DNA of 38,671 bases. Origin: a virus. Its lineage: Duplodnaviria; Caudoviricetes. This document shows, one piece after another, positions 27,833 to 35,547 of the stretch. Positions within the stretch are counted from its first letter, which is position 1. Every line of letters begins with the position of its first letter. The notes under the pieces were generated by a model. The model had not been told where the DNA came from. It did no database searches and saw only the letters and a list, made by a program, of their open reading frames with translations. The position numbers and the translations under genes are program-made. The stretch lies in IMG/VR virus record IMGVR_UViG_3300020045_007445, positions 1-38,671 of that record. The stretch is one strand, 5' to 3'.

Positions 27833-28447
27833 TTAACCTTTACTTAAATCATACTGCTGAACACCCCACGCAATCGCATAACACGCCCACACAAAACGCG
27901 GCGTAAAATCTTCAAAATTCCATTCCCAAGTATCTTGTCCGAAAATATCTTCACACGTTACGTTTTCGCCATGAATATTTTCTGTGCCAAACTCAAAGCT
28001 TCTGATTGCATCATGTGCTAAATCATCGCTTTCGTAATCTAAGCAAAGCAAATCTTCAATTTCATCCTTAAATTCTGCGCTATCGTCTGCAATTTCACCG
28101 GAATTTATAAAATCATTAACAGCGTTATTTACCTGATATCTGAACAATTCAATGCTAAATTCTTTTGCTTGTCCGGCTTGCAATTTTTCAGACCAGTGCG
28201 AAAGATTGATTTTTAATTCTTTTGTTCTGAAAAAATCAAACATATCAGTCAAACGCTCGAATTCAAAACAGCCCATGTCACCGCGATAAAGCAGCAATTC
28301 CGGCGCAGTTATCAAGTCATAATACATTTCGTTATTACCTGGTTCTTTAAAGCGTAGGTGGCGATAAACGCCATTATCAAGTAATACCTGCATTTGATGG
28401 TTTTTTACATCATCCAGAAAAGATTCTGGAGTTACTTTGTGAGCCAT
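27833..28447 (-). CDS. Conserved phage hypothetical protein
   Basis: H.M.VL.D.GVYRHLRF, GDMG...F.R..DMF.FFR, W.C.AIAWG..QYD pattern. Confidence 0.7.
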   Translation of the reverse strand: MAHKVTPESFLDDVKNHQMQVLLDNGVYRHLRFKEPGNNEMYYDLITAPELLLYRGDMGCFEFERLTDMFDFFRTKELKINLSHWSEKLQAGQAKEFSIELFRYQVNNAVNDFINSGEIADDSAEFKDEIEDLLCLDYESDDLAHDAIRSFEFGTENIHGENVTCEDIFGQDTWEWNFEDFTPRFVWACYAIAWGVQQYDLSKG

Positions 28448-28473
28448 AATTACACCTTTGTTGTTTTAGGGGG

Positions 28474-28503
28474 AAAAACAACCACCGTTTTTAGGCGGTG
28501 GTT
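28474..28503 (-). terminator. Probable intrinsic terminator
   Basis: aaccaccg/cggtggtt stem followed by gttttt on minus strand. Confidence 0.55.
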
Positions 28504-28512
28504 ACCGGGTGG

Positions 28513-29886
28513 TTAAATTAATGATTTAGCAAACATAAGTGCATTTAGCACTTCTTCATTAACACCTTCATAATCATAAGCCTGACGTACCGCGTCAACC
28601 AAAGCTTTTAAATATTTGACGGGAATCAAAACACAATCATCTGCAATAGGCTCTGATGCAACTTCAACGCACTCATTCACTGGTTCGCCGATGATTTTAG
28701 CCACATCCTCAATAAAGGCGGTATCGTCATTGATGATTGTGATTACAGCCGTTTCTTCTTTCAAATCTGGTGAGCAGTTGGGATAATCACAATCGCGCTC
28801 GAAAATATCGCCTACTAAGTGTGGGCAGCATTCGCAGCCCCTAATCTCAATCGGCTCGCTTGATTTTATTTTGCACCATTCAATATCATCGACAACAGCC
28901 AAATCCCAATCATCCTGATACTGTTTTTCACGCTGCAATCTTTCAGAATCCGCTTTATCCGCCGCTTCTTGCTCCCGTGCCACTGCCTGATCTAAAAACA
29001 CATTTAAAACGCTCAAACAAGATTTTTTTGCTGCTTCAGCCTCGCTTAAAACCAAGTCAAACGAATCCATGCTAACAAAACTAATCCAGTCAATTCTGTT
29101 TTTAATATCCAGTGCATATCCGTTTGCATAACCTGAAATTTCAGCAATCGGGAACATCACAGCAATATTTGCCCGTTGTTCCTGCTGTGCTTGCTGCTCT
29201 TTGATTTTGCGCTCGTTTTCTTCACGAACTACAGCCGCTGACAAAATCACTTCAAACTCAGTTACTTTTGATTCAAAAATTTCTTCCGCAGTATCTTGGG
29301 AATCGGTGTAATCTGTATCACCAAACGCAAGCGTAAAATCATCAATTGCTGTTTCGATTTTAGCAGCAGATAACAGCGGATTGATTGTGTGCGCTTTTAG
29401 CTTTGCAATCGCGTCTGCCAATGCTTTTTTTGCCGCTGCCGCCGCTTTAAATCTTTCATCAACTGGTTTTTCTGCTGCTAATAGTTCATCTTCAAGCGAT
29501 TTAAAAGCATCCTCAACCTTTTCCTTTCCTTTTTTTGCGCTGTCAATAATCAATTTACGCGCTGACAATTCAGAGTCAATGACATCGGTAAATCCAAGTC
29601 TCTCGCTGCGAATAGCTAACCGATATTCTTTTGCCCGCTCAAAATCCGCTTTTATTTTCGCATTTGCTAAGTCTGCTTTTGCCGCTTCAATAATTGGCAG
29701 GTAAGAAGCTTTCATTCGTTCAATGCCTTGCGCTGTTTCTTCGGTATTAGCCAAAACTTCTACTTTACTAACCGATGCAATAACAGCAAGTGCGTTCATT
29801 TGTTCTGCTGTGTACATTGGCATTTTACCAACTGGCTGCAATTCGCCTTCGACTGGCTCTAATTGTAATTCTGGTTTTTCGTTCAT
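28513..29886 (-). CDS. Acidic coiled-coil protein (DUF1351-like N-term)
   Basis: GAGGA RBS; long Ala/Glu/Lys helical region; CECC..C.YPNC insert near C-term. Confidence 0.6.
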   Translation of the reverse strand: MNEKPELQLEPVEGELQPVGKMPMYTAEQMNALAVIASVSKVEVLANTEETAQGIERMKASYLPIIEAAKADLANAKIKADFERAKEYRLAIRSERLGFTDVIDSELSARKLIIDSAKKGKEKVEDAFKSLEDELLAAEKPVDERFKAAAAAKKALADAIAKLKAHTINPLLSAAKIETAIDDFTLAFGDTDYTDSQDTAEEIFESKVTEFEVILSAAVVREENERKIKEQQAQQEQRANIAVMFPIAEISGYANGYALDIKNRIDWISFVSMDSFDLVLSEAEAAKKSCLSVLNVFLDQAVAREQEAADKADSERLQREKQYQDDWDLAVVDDIEWCKIKSSEPIEIRGCECCPHLVGDIFERDCDYPNCSPDLKEETAVITIINDDTAFIEDVAKIIGEPVNECVEVASEPIADDCVLIPVKYLKALVDAVRQAYDYEGVNEEVLNALMFAKSLI

Positions 29887-29923
29887 GATTAAATCCTCAA
29901 GTTTTGCGCTTTATTGCGCCCAT

Positions 29924-30068
29924 AAAAAAACCCGTTCTATCCAACCGCTGAGGGAAGCGGGTTTCAAGTTCGGGTTATTCTAAAACTCTGATTAAAAATA
30001 CACGTCCCTCAACGCTTTTAATCAAAATTCTATGTGCGTAGCTTAACCGATTACGCGGCTGATGTAAA
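29924..30068 (-). promoter_or_regulatory. Promoter plus kissing-loop/terminator leader (class I, copy C)
   Basis: TTTACA-17-TAAGCT; RNA loops UGAGGGA and UCCCUCA; aacccg/cggguu plus U-run. Confidence 0.7.
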
Positions 30069-30069
30069 C

Positions 30070-30318
30070 TTAAATGGCATTAATAATATCCATTTGCTTT
30101 TTATAAAAGTTAAACGCCGTATTAACATCAAATACGCCACTATCTAAATTGATTTTAATAAATCTCAATCCGTCCAACGCCCCCACGACAGCATCATAAT
30201 ACTCCGATGTCTCTCCAATTAACCAAACTGGCACGACCTGTTTGTAAAGCGTATTTGCTGTGTCAGTTAATGCGTCTATTGCTGTTGCATTTGCATATTG
30301 TAATTGTTGTTTATTCAT
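30070..30318 (-). CDS. Hypothetical protein
   Basis: ATG 30318 overlaps end of YopX-family gene. Confidence 0.5.
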   Translation of the reverse strand: MNKQQLQYANATAIDALTDTANTLYKQVVPVWLIGETSEYYDAVVGALDGLRFIKINLDSGVFDVNTAFNFYKKQMDIINAI

Positions 30319-30697
30319 TTTCCACATCCATTAATTCATGGTTTTCAAAAACATTACCGATTATTTCGCACTCACTAGCGTATCCATTAGCGGTAAAATC
30401 GCCTAAATGATTTTCAAACATCCATCCGTTTTTACCAAAAACACAAACGGCTGGATATTTACCCCATTTTACAATATCACCCTCAAAAATCTTTGAGCCG
30501 TGCTTATTGGTTAATCCGATAAATTGACCGACTGAATCGGGATTAACTCCAACTGGATAACATCCTTGCATCCGTATCCCTACAAGTACGTTGCAGCGAC
30601 CATCAAAAGAATCATGCACTAAGTCGCCATAATTCCACTTTTTTTCATCAAAAATATTTCCCTCAGGAAACCCACGAAACAAAATCTCTCTATTCAT
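30311..30697 (-). CDS. YopX family protein
   Basis: REILFRG, W.YG.L, VGQF.GL.NK.G.KIFEGDIV, EIIGNVFEN.EL. Confidence 0.9.
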   Translation of the reverse strand: MNREILFRGFPEGNIFDEKKWNYGDLVHDSFDGRCNVLVGIRMQGCYPVGVNPDSVGQFIGLTNKHGSKIFEGDIVKWGKYPAVCVFGKNGWMFENHLGDFTANGYASECEIIGNVFENHELMDVENE

Positions 30698-30721
30698 TTA
30701 ACACATCCACTCTCAATTAAA

Positions 30722-31005
30722 TTAAAAACCCGACACCCCGCACTTGCGTTAATAGGTGGTTTGGTTGCTTGCCACTTTCTCGCTGTCAATTCGCTAAACA
30801 ACCGCGTTTGTGCGAGTGTGTGAAATTCACTTATCACTAGTTCCAAAAAAAGCCGCCCGACTACTGCGGCTTGAGTTAGGACTAAAGATTAGGAGGCTTT
30901 AGTGATAAGTAAACTTACCCCGCGTCTGCGGGAATAATTGCAACAATGTAACTGACTAAGGTTTAACTGCAATTCACAACTTGTTTTGGCTTATCGCTAA
31001 ACCGT
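30722..31005 (-). ncRNA. Long structured leader/candidate sRNA of the leftward early transcript
   Basis: Several hairpins, CCUCCU loop, internal terminator 30845-30872, 11-bp stem 30829-30839/30900-30910. Confidence 0.45.
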
Positions 31006-31012
31006 GATGAAG

Positions 31013-31094
31013 ATTTTACACGAAAAAAAGCTATTGTCAATATAGTTTTAATATATTTTACATATTGACATGCTTATATCAATCCCTGATAATA
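31013..31094. promoter_or_regulatory. Divergent sigma70 promoter pair
   Basis: Minus: TTGACA-16-TAAAAT; plus: TTGACA-17-GATAAT; gene orientation switches here. Confidence 0.75.
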
Positions 31095-31123
31095 AACCTT
31101 TATTTTACAAACAGGACTAGATT

Positions 31124-31309
31124 ATGAGAAACAAAAAACCACCAAATTTCAGCACATATTTTGAGCCAGAAACAACGGAGCAGATTACGGCACTGCAAAA
31201 AATAAAGCCTTTTTTGACAAGCAAAAAAGCGGTAATTTCTTATTGCGTGTCCATTGTACATGCGTTGGAAGCAACACTATCAGAGGATTTAAAAAATGCT
31301 AACCAATAA
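31124..31309 (+). CDS. Small putative DNA-binding regulator (RHH-like)
   Basis: First gene after rightward promoter; FSTYF.PET...I..L.......SK.AVI. Confidence 0.5.
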   Translation: MRNKKPPNFSTYFEPETTEQITALQKIKPFLTSKKAVISYCVSIVHALEATLSEDLKNANQ

Positions 31310-31697
31310 AGTAATTCACGAAAAAAGCTTGCCAGTAAATCAGCATGAGTCAGTAACTGATTTAATATCCGTCATGATGTCAGTGTTAGAGAAAAAAGGC
31401 ATAGGTCTTGCTGCTGTGCAAATTGGCGTATTAAAGCGAGTCATTATTGTCAAAGTAAACGGCAAGTTTGTTGTAATGATTAACCCAGTCATAACTCATA
31501 AAAGCATTGAGCGTAAAAAAGCAGAAGAGGGCTGTTTGTCGTTTCCTAATTTTTATACTAAAAAGATTCGTCATTATCGCGTAGTTGTTGAGTTTGAAAA
31601 CGAGAATCGCGAGTTAATACAACTTAAGCTAAGTAGCTTGGCTGCTGCTTGTGTGCAACATGAAATAGACCATTTAGAAGGAGTGACTATAAAATGA
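31296..31697 (+). CDS. def: Peptide deformylase
   Basis: GIGLAAVQIG, EGCLS, QHEIDHLEG - all three PDF motifs. Confidence 0.95.
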   Translation: MLTNKVIHEKSLPVNQHESVTDLISVMMSVLEKKGIGLAAVQIGVLKRVIIVKVNGKFVVMINPVITHKSIERKKAEEGCLSFPNFYTKKIRHYRVVVEFENENRELIQLKLSSLAAACVQHEIDHLEGVTIK

Positions 31698-32524
31698 ATA
31701 AAACAACAACAATAGAATGGGTTTTAAATTCAGACAGCATGGCAGGCTATGCGATTAACTTATGGGTAGGCTGTTCAAAAGTTAGTCCAGCTTGTGATAG
31801 CTGCTATGCTGAAATAAGCCGCGCTTCAAAGTGCTTAGGTGTTGAATGGGGTGATGATAAGCCGCGCTACAAATGCAATCCCTACAAAAAACTTACCGCG
31901 ATAAACAACAAAGCGGCAAAACAAGGTATTCGCATTCGGGTATTTATCAATCCTGATTCTGATATTTTTGACACAAAAGCACAGCAGGAATGGCGTGATG
32001 AGTTTTGGGCTATCGTTGAGCAAACGCCGTACATTGACTATATTTTAGTCACAAAACGCATAGGCAACGCAAAGCGGATGATTCCTCAGTCGTGGTTAGA
32101 TAATGGTTATCCGGTAAATGTTTGGCAACTAATCACTGTTTGCAATCAAGCCGAAGCGGATAGGGATATTCCAAAATTGCTTGAGTTGGATTGTGATGTG
32201 CGCGGACTAAGCATTGAACCTTTACTGAGTGAGATTGATTTAGAAAAATGGGGGTGTATTGAGTGCGGAGTTTGCAATGGACATCCATCGCGCTGCAATA
32301 ACTGCGATAATAATCTATGGCTAGAACAGCTTAATTGGTTGATTGTGGGCGGAGAAAGCGGTAAAAACGCACGTCCAATGCACCCCGACTGGGCGCGTAA
32401 AATCCGTGACCAGTGCATTGATGCTGGGGTTAGTCTGTTTTTTAAGCAGTGGGACGGAAAAAAACGCGCTGGCAATGTTTTAGACGGGCAAGTATGGCAA
32501 CAAATGCCGGAGGTGAAATTATGA
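31694..32524 (+). CDS. Phage Gp37/Gp68 (DUF5131) radical-SAM-like protein
   Basis: T.IEW, GCSKVSPACDSCYAE, SD.F, TKR, SIEPLL, W.IVGGESG..ARPMHPDWAR.IRDQC, FFKQW. Confidence 0.9.
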   Translation: MNKTTTIEWVLNSDSMAGYAINLWVGCSKVSPACDSCYAEISRASKCLGVEWGDDKPRYKCNPYKKLTAINNKAAKQGIRIRVFINPDSDIFDTKAQQEWRDEFWAIVEQTPYIDYILVTKRIGNAKRMIPQSWLDNGYPVNVWQLITVCNQAEADRDIPKLLELDCDVRGLSIEPLLSEIDLEKWGCIECGVCNGHPSRCNNCDNNLWLEQLNWLIVGGESGKNARPMHPDWARKIRDQCIDAGVSLFFKQWDGKKRAGNVLDGQVWQQMPEVKL

Positions 32525-32973
32525 ACCGTAAAGATGACTTTGAAGAAATCAAACTAATTGACGATATACCGCAATCTGACTTTGCAAGTGAGCAGGATTT
32601 ATTGTTGTGGCTATGTACTGGCAATAAAGCAATAAAGCAAAATGGGCATATATTTGGTTTTAAAGATGGTAATTTATGGGACTTTACAGCGTGCAAAGAA
32701 TTTTACTGGAATTCTCAAAAACCAGAATATTTTAAAAAACACACACCGCCCCGCTTAATCCGTGTTAATGGGATTGAAGCTCCTGCGCCGTTGGAGTCGT
32801 TGGATGGGCAAGAATATGTTTATCTTCCAAACCTCGCTATTCCAAAAAAACCTATCGAATTAAAATCCAGTGTTGTAATGACAGGCTGCTACTCGTTAGA
32901 TATATGCTACGCAACAAAAGAAGACGCAACAAAACGCGCCGAGGCTATGCTTAAGCATGAGGTGGTGGATTAA
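32521..32973 (+). CDS. Hypothetical protein
   Basis: GGAGGTG RBS, ATGA overlap at 32521; PR.I.VNG.E.PAP motif. Confidence 0.6.
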   Translation: MNRKDDFEEIKLIDDIPQSDFASEQDLLLWLCTGNKAIKQNGHIFGFKDGNLWDFTACKEFYWNSQKPEYFKKHTPPRLIRVNGIEAPAPLESLDGQEYVYLPNLAIPKKPIELKSSVVMTGCYSLDICYATKEDATKRAEAMLKHEVVD

Positions 32974-32985
32974 TCATCTGCAAAT

Positions 32986-33014
32986 AAAAAGCCCGTGTAA
33001 AAACGGGCTTTTTT
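32986..33014. terminator. Bidirectional intrinsic terminator
   Basis: aaaaagcccgt-gtaaaa-acgggcttttt between convergent genes. Confidence 0.85.
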
Positions 33015-33072
33015 ATATGTAAAATTTAAGATGATTGTTATCATTTGTTTAATTAATTTTACAAAAAAAACT

Positions 33073-33549
33073 TTAAAACTTCCTGCCGTGTCTTTTTTCA
33101 TGGCATTTATGACAAAGAGGAACTAAAAAATCTAAAGACGATGCTAAATCGTTAAACGCCTCTAAATACACTCCGCTTTCAATAAAACCATAAGCTAAAT
33201 GATGAACGTCTGTTGCTGGCAGTTGACAATCATCACAAGTAAAATTACTTGCCTCAAGAATAAATAATCTATTTTCCTTCCATTTATCGCTTTTTAAGTA
33301 AACAGAGTAAATGCTAAAAAAATAATCACGGCTATTTTTAAACCTTGCGGATTTTACTTTCTCAATGAGATTATCATCAAGCAATGGCAATCTATCGAAC
33401 CCTACAGGTTTTTTAACCCCGCCCGAAATATACCCGCAATTAAAACAAACAGCAGCACAGTTTAATGACCCGTTAGAAAACACTCTTTTTACAAGTGTTT
33501 TATTAGTTAAGTCACAATTGCATTCACTTTGATGATTAGTTATTTTCAT
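33073..33549 (-). CDS. HNH-like zinc-binding endonuclease
   Basis: YL.S..W...R, CDDC...ATDVHHL.Y, L.PLCHKCH...H. Confidence 0.75.
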   Translation of the reverse strand: MKITNHQSECNCDLTNKTLVKRVFSNGSLNCAAVCFNCGYISGGVKKPVGFDRLPLLDDNLIEKVKSARFKNSRDYFFSIYSVYLKSDKWKENRLFILEASNFTCDDCQLPATDVHHLAYGFIESGVYLEAFNDLASSLDFLVPLCHKCHEKRHGRKF

Positions 33550-34744
33550 AATTCACACCCGCAAAATTTTCAAATCTTGCATAGCTCAAATTACTTGTAA
33601 CTCTAACCGTGCCAATTTCACCATTCCGACTTTTGGCAATAATAAATTCAGCAGTGCCTTTGTCGGTGCTATCTTCGTTGTAAACCTCGTCACGATACAC
33701 AAACATAATCAAATCCGCGTCCTGTTCAATCTGCCCGCTTTCGCGTAAATCCGACATCATCGGGCGTTTATCTGTTCGTGACTCAACATTACGGCTTAAC
33801 TGAGATAACGCAACTACAGGGCATTTGTGCATTTTTGCAGACATTTTTAAGCCGCGTGATATAGCTCCAATTTTCTGAACCATGTTATTTTTATGTTCCG
33901 GTGCGTCCATCAATTGCAAGTAATCTACCCCGACAAAGGCAATCTTTCCATGTTCAGCGGCTAACTTTGACAATCGCGCTGAATAAGTTTGCATTGGCAA
34001 GTAACTGGAATCGTCAATAAATAGTTTAGAACTTGCTAAAACATTAATAGCACTGGTTAGCCTTGCCCAATCTTCATCCTGTAGTTTGCCGCTTAACATC
34101 CGTGACAACTCAATCCTGCCTAATGATGCAATCATCCTAATTGCCATAATTTCAGCGGGCATCTCAATCGAAAATAAAGCAATTGGTGATGTTTGATTTT
34201 TAACAGCAATTGACTCAATCACATGAAAGCTGCCGCTATCCATAGAAATATTTGATACTTCAATTTCAACATCATCAATCACCAATCCACTTGCCTTAAA
34301 ATCATCAACTTTCTTTTGTACTAATTCAGCGGTAATTTTTACATCCGCTTCTTTTGCCTCTTCGACAACTGTTTTCCAGACGTGCAGTTTTTCTCCGGTG
34401 TTTTCGAGTGCGATTAGTGGGCGGATTTGTCTTTCGCTTTTGGGTAAATCAGCTTCTGAAATGTTGCCCATTTCTGTTTTTTGGGCAACATTTTCATCAG
34501 TAATTTGCGCCATAAATCTTGCTGAATCAATCAATCTGTGACCGCGACTTCTGGAAATTTCCCACTTTTTTTCTAAGTAATCTTCAAAGGTTGCGTAGTC
34601 TTTCTGATAAAGCTTTTCTTCTTTGATTTGCAACATAATCAAGCCGTTTTCATACCATGCTTTTTTAATGTTGACTTCAATGCGAGATTCAAGCTGCTTT
34701 AGTTTTTTAGACTGTCGCGCTACTGCTTGTGATGCTTGTGACAT
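33536..34744 (-). CDS. Chimera: phage helical N-terminal domain fused to DnaB helicase C-terminal domain lacking Walker A
   Basis: AAGGA RBS before ATG 34744; FSIEM, VDYLQLM, LSQLSR, DLRESGQIEQDAD, AKSRNG present; no GKT P-loop. Confidence 0.8.
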   Translation of the reverse strand: MSQASQAVARQSKKLKQLESRIEVNIKKAWYENGLIMLQIKEEKLYQKDYATFEDYLEKKWEISRSRGHRLIDSARFMAQITDENVAQKTEMGNISEADLPKSERQIRPLIALENTGEKLHVWKTVVEEAKEADVKITAELVQKKVDDFKASGLVIDDVEIEVSNISMDSGSFHVIESIAVKNQTSPIALFSIEMPAEIMAIRMIASLGRIELSRMLSGKLQDEDWARLTSAINVLASSKLFIDDSSYLPMQTYSARLSKLAAEHGKIAFVGVDYLQLMDAPEHKNNMVQKIGAISRGLKMSAKMHKCPVVALSQLSRNVESRTDKRPMMSDLRESGQIEQDADLIMFVYRDEVYNEDSTDKGTAEFIIAKSRNGEIGTVRVTSNLSYARFENFAGVNYENN

Positions 34745-34764
34745 TATTTTTTCCTTTCTTGCAT

Positions 34765-34882
34765 AAAAAAAGCCGCACTTGCTAAAGGGGTGAAGTTGGC
34801 AGAGAAGTTTGCCACCCTTGTACAAATACAGCTTTTTTTAACTACTCTTTTTAGACTTCACTCTATGGGTTAAATTATACCA
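34765..34882 (-). promoter_or_regulatory. Promoter plus structured attenuator-like leader (class II)
   Basis: TGGTATAAT; RNA gugaagu/acuucac and agaguaguu/aacuucucu pairs; terminator-like stem with U-run. Confidence 0.7.
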
Positions 34883-35143
34883 CCACCCTCTTAAAATATC
34901 CACACTTGGGTTGAAACTACCGACTGCCATATTGTGTATCAGTAGTGGGGTGGGGCAATGTTAAGCTATAGAAAACCACCAAGCAACTAAGTCAAAAAAT
35001 CAACTTAATCCTTGATGGTCATGTTGGTGGCTATTGTATCACTTTCCTGATGTCGGGAAGGTGATATTTAAACCTATCGGATTCGTGCAGGTTAGATTTA
35101 CTCCAGAATCTGGACTAAATGAGTTAGTAAAATTTACCATTTA

Positions 35144-35271
35144 AACTTACCAAACTCGTAAGTCTAACTTACCAAACTCGTAAGTCTAACTTACCAAACT
35201 CGTAAGTCTAACTTACCAAACTCGTAAGTCTAACTTACCAAACTCGTAAGTCTAACTTACCAAACTCGTAA
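35144..35271. repeat. Tandem 22-bp repeats (5 full + 1 partial), probable replication iterons
   Basis: Unit aacttaccaaactcgtaagtct with internal dyad ACTTAC..GTAAGT; followed by an A-rich tract; upstream of O-like gene. Confidence 0.85.
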
Positions 35272-35397
35272 ATACATAAGACACTATCAAAAAACACTAT
35301 CAAAAGACATTTTTTAAAAGACACCGCGCGAGTGAAAAAATATTTACCTTTTACTTTTAAAAAGCGTACAATGTGCGAAACTAAAAAGGGCGGTGTT

Positions 35398-35547
35398 ATG
35401 AAAAAAATAGAGAGAATTTATTTCAGGGTATCGCCTGAAATGAAAGAAATAGCGAAACAACTCGCTTTATTAACTGGACTTGATATGTCTGCTTATATTT
35501 CAATGGTGCTAACAGAGAAGGCACGGGAACGAGGCTTGATAAAATGA
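35398..35547 (+). CDS. Small ribbon-helix-helix regulator
   Basis: ERIYFRVSPEMK..A..LA...G..MSAYI; promoter TTTACC-18-TACAAT upstream. Confidence 0.65.
   Translation: MKKIERIYFRVSPEMKEIAKQLALLTGLDMSAYISMVLTEKARERGLIK

Noticed and set aside
33536-34744. Functional replicative helicase dnaB
   Set aside because: Walker A and the N-terminal primase-binding domain are missing.
35144-35271. CRISPR array
   Set aside because: Repeats are directly tandem with no spacers, and there are no cas genes.
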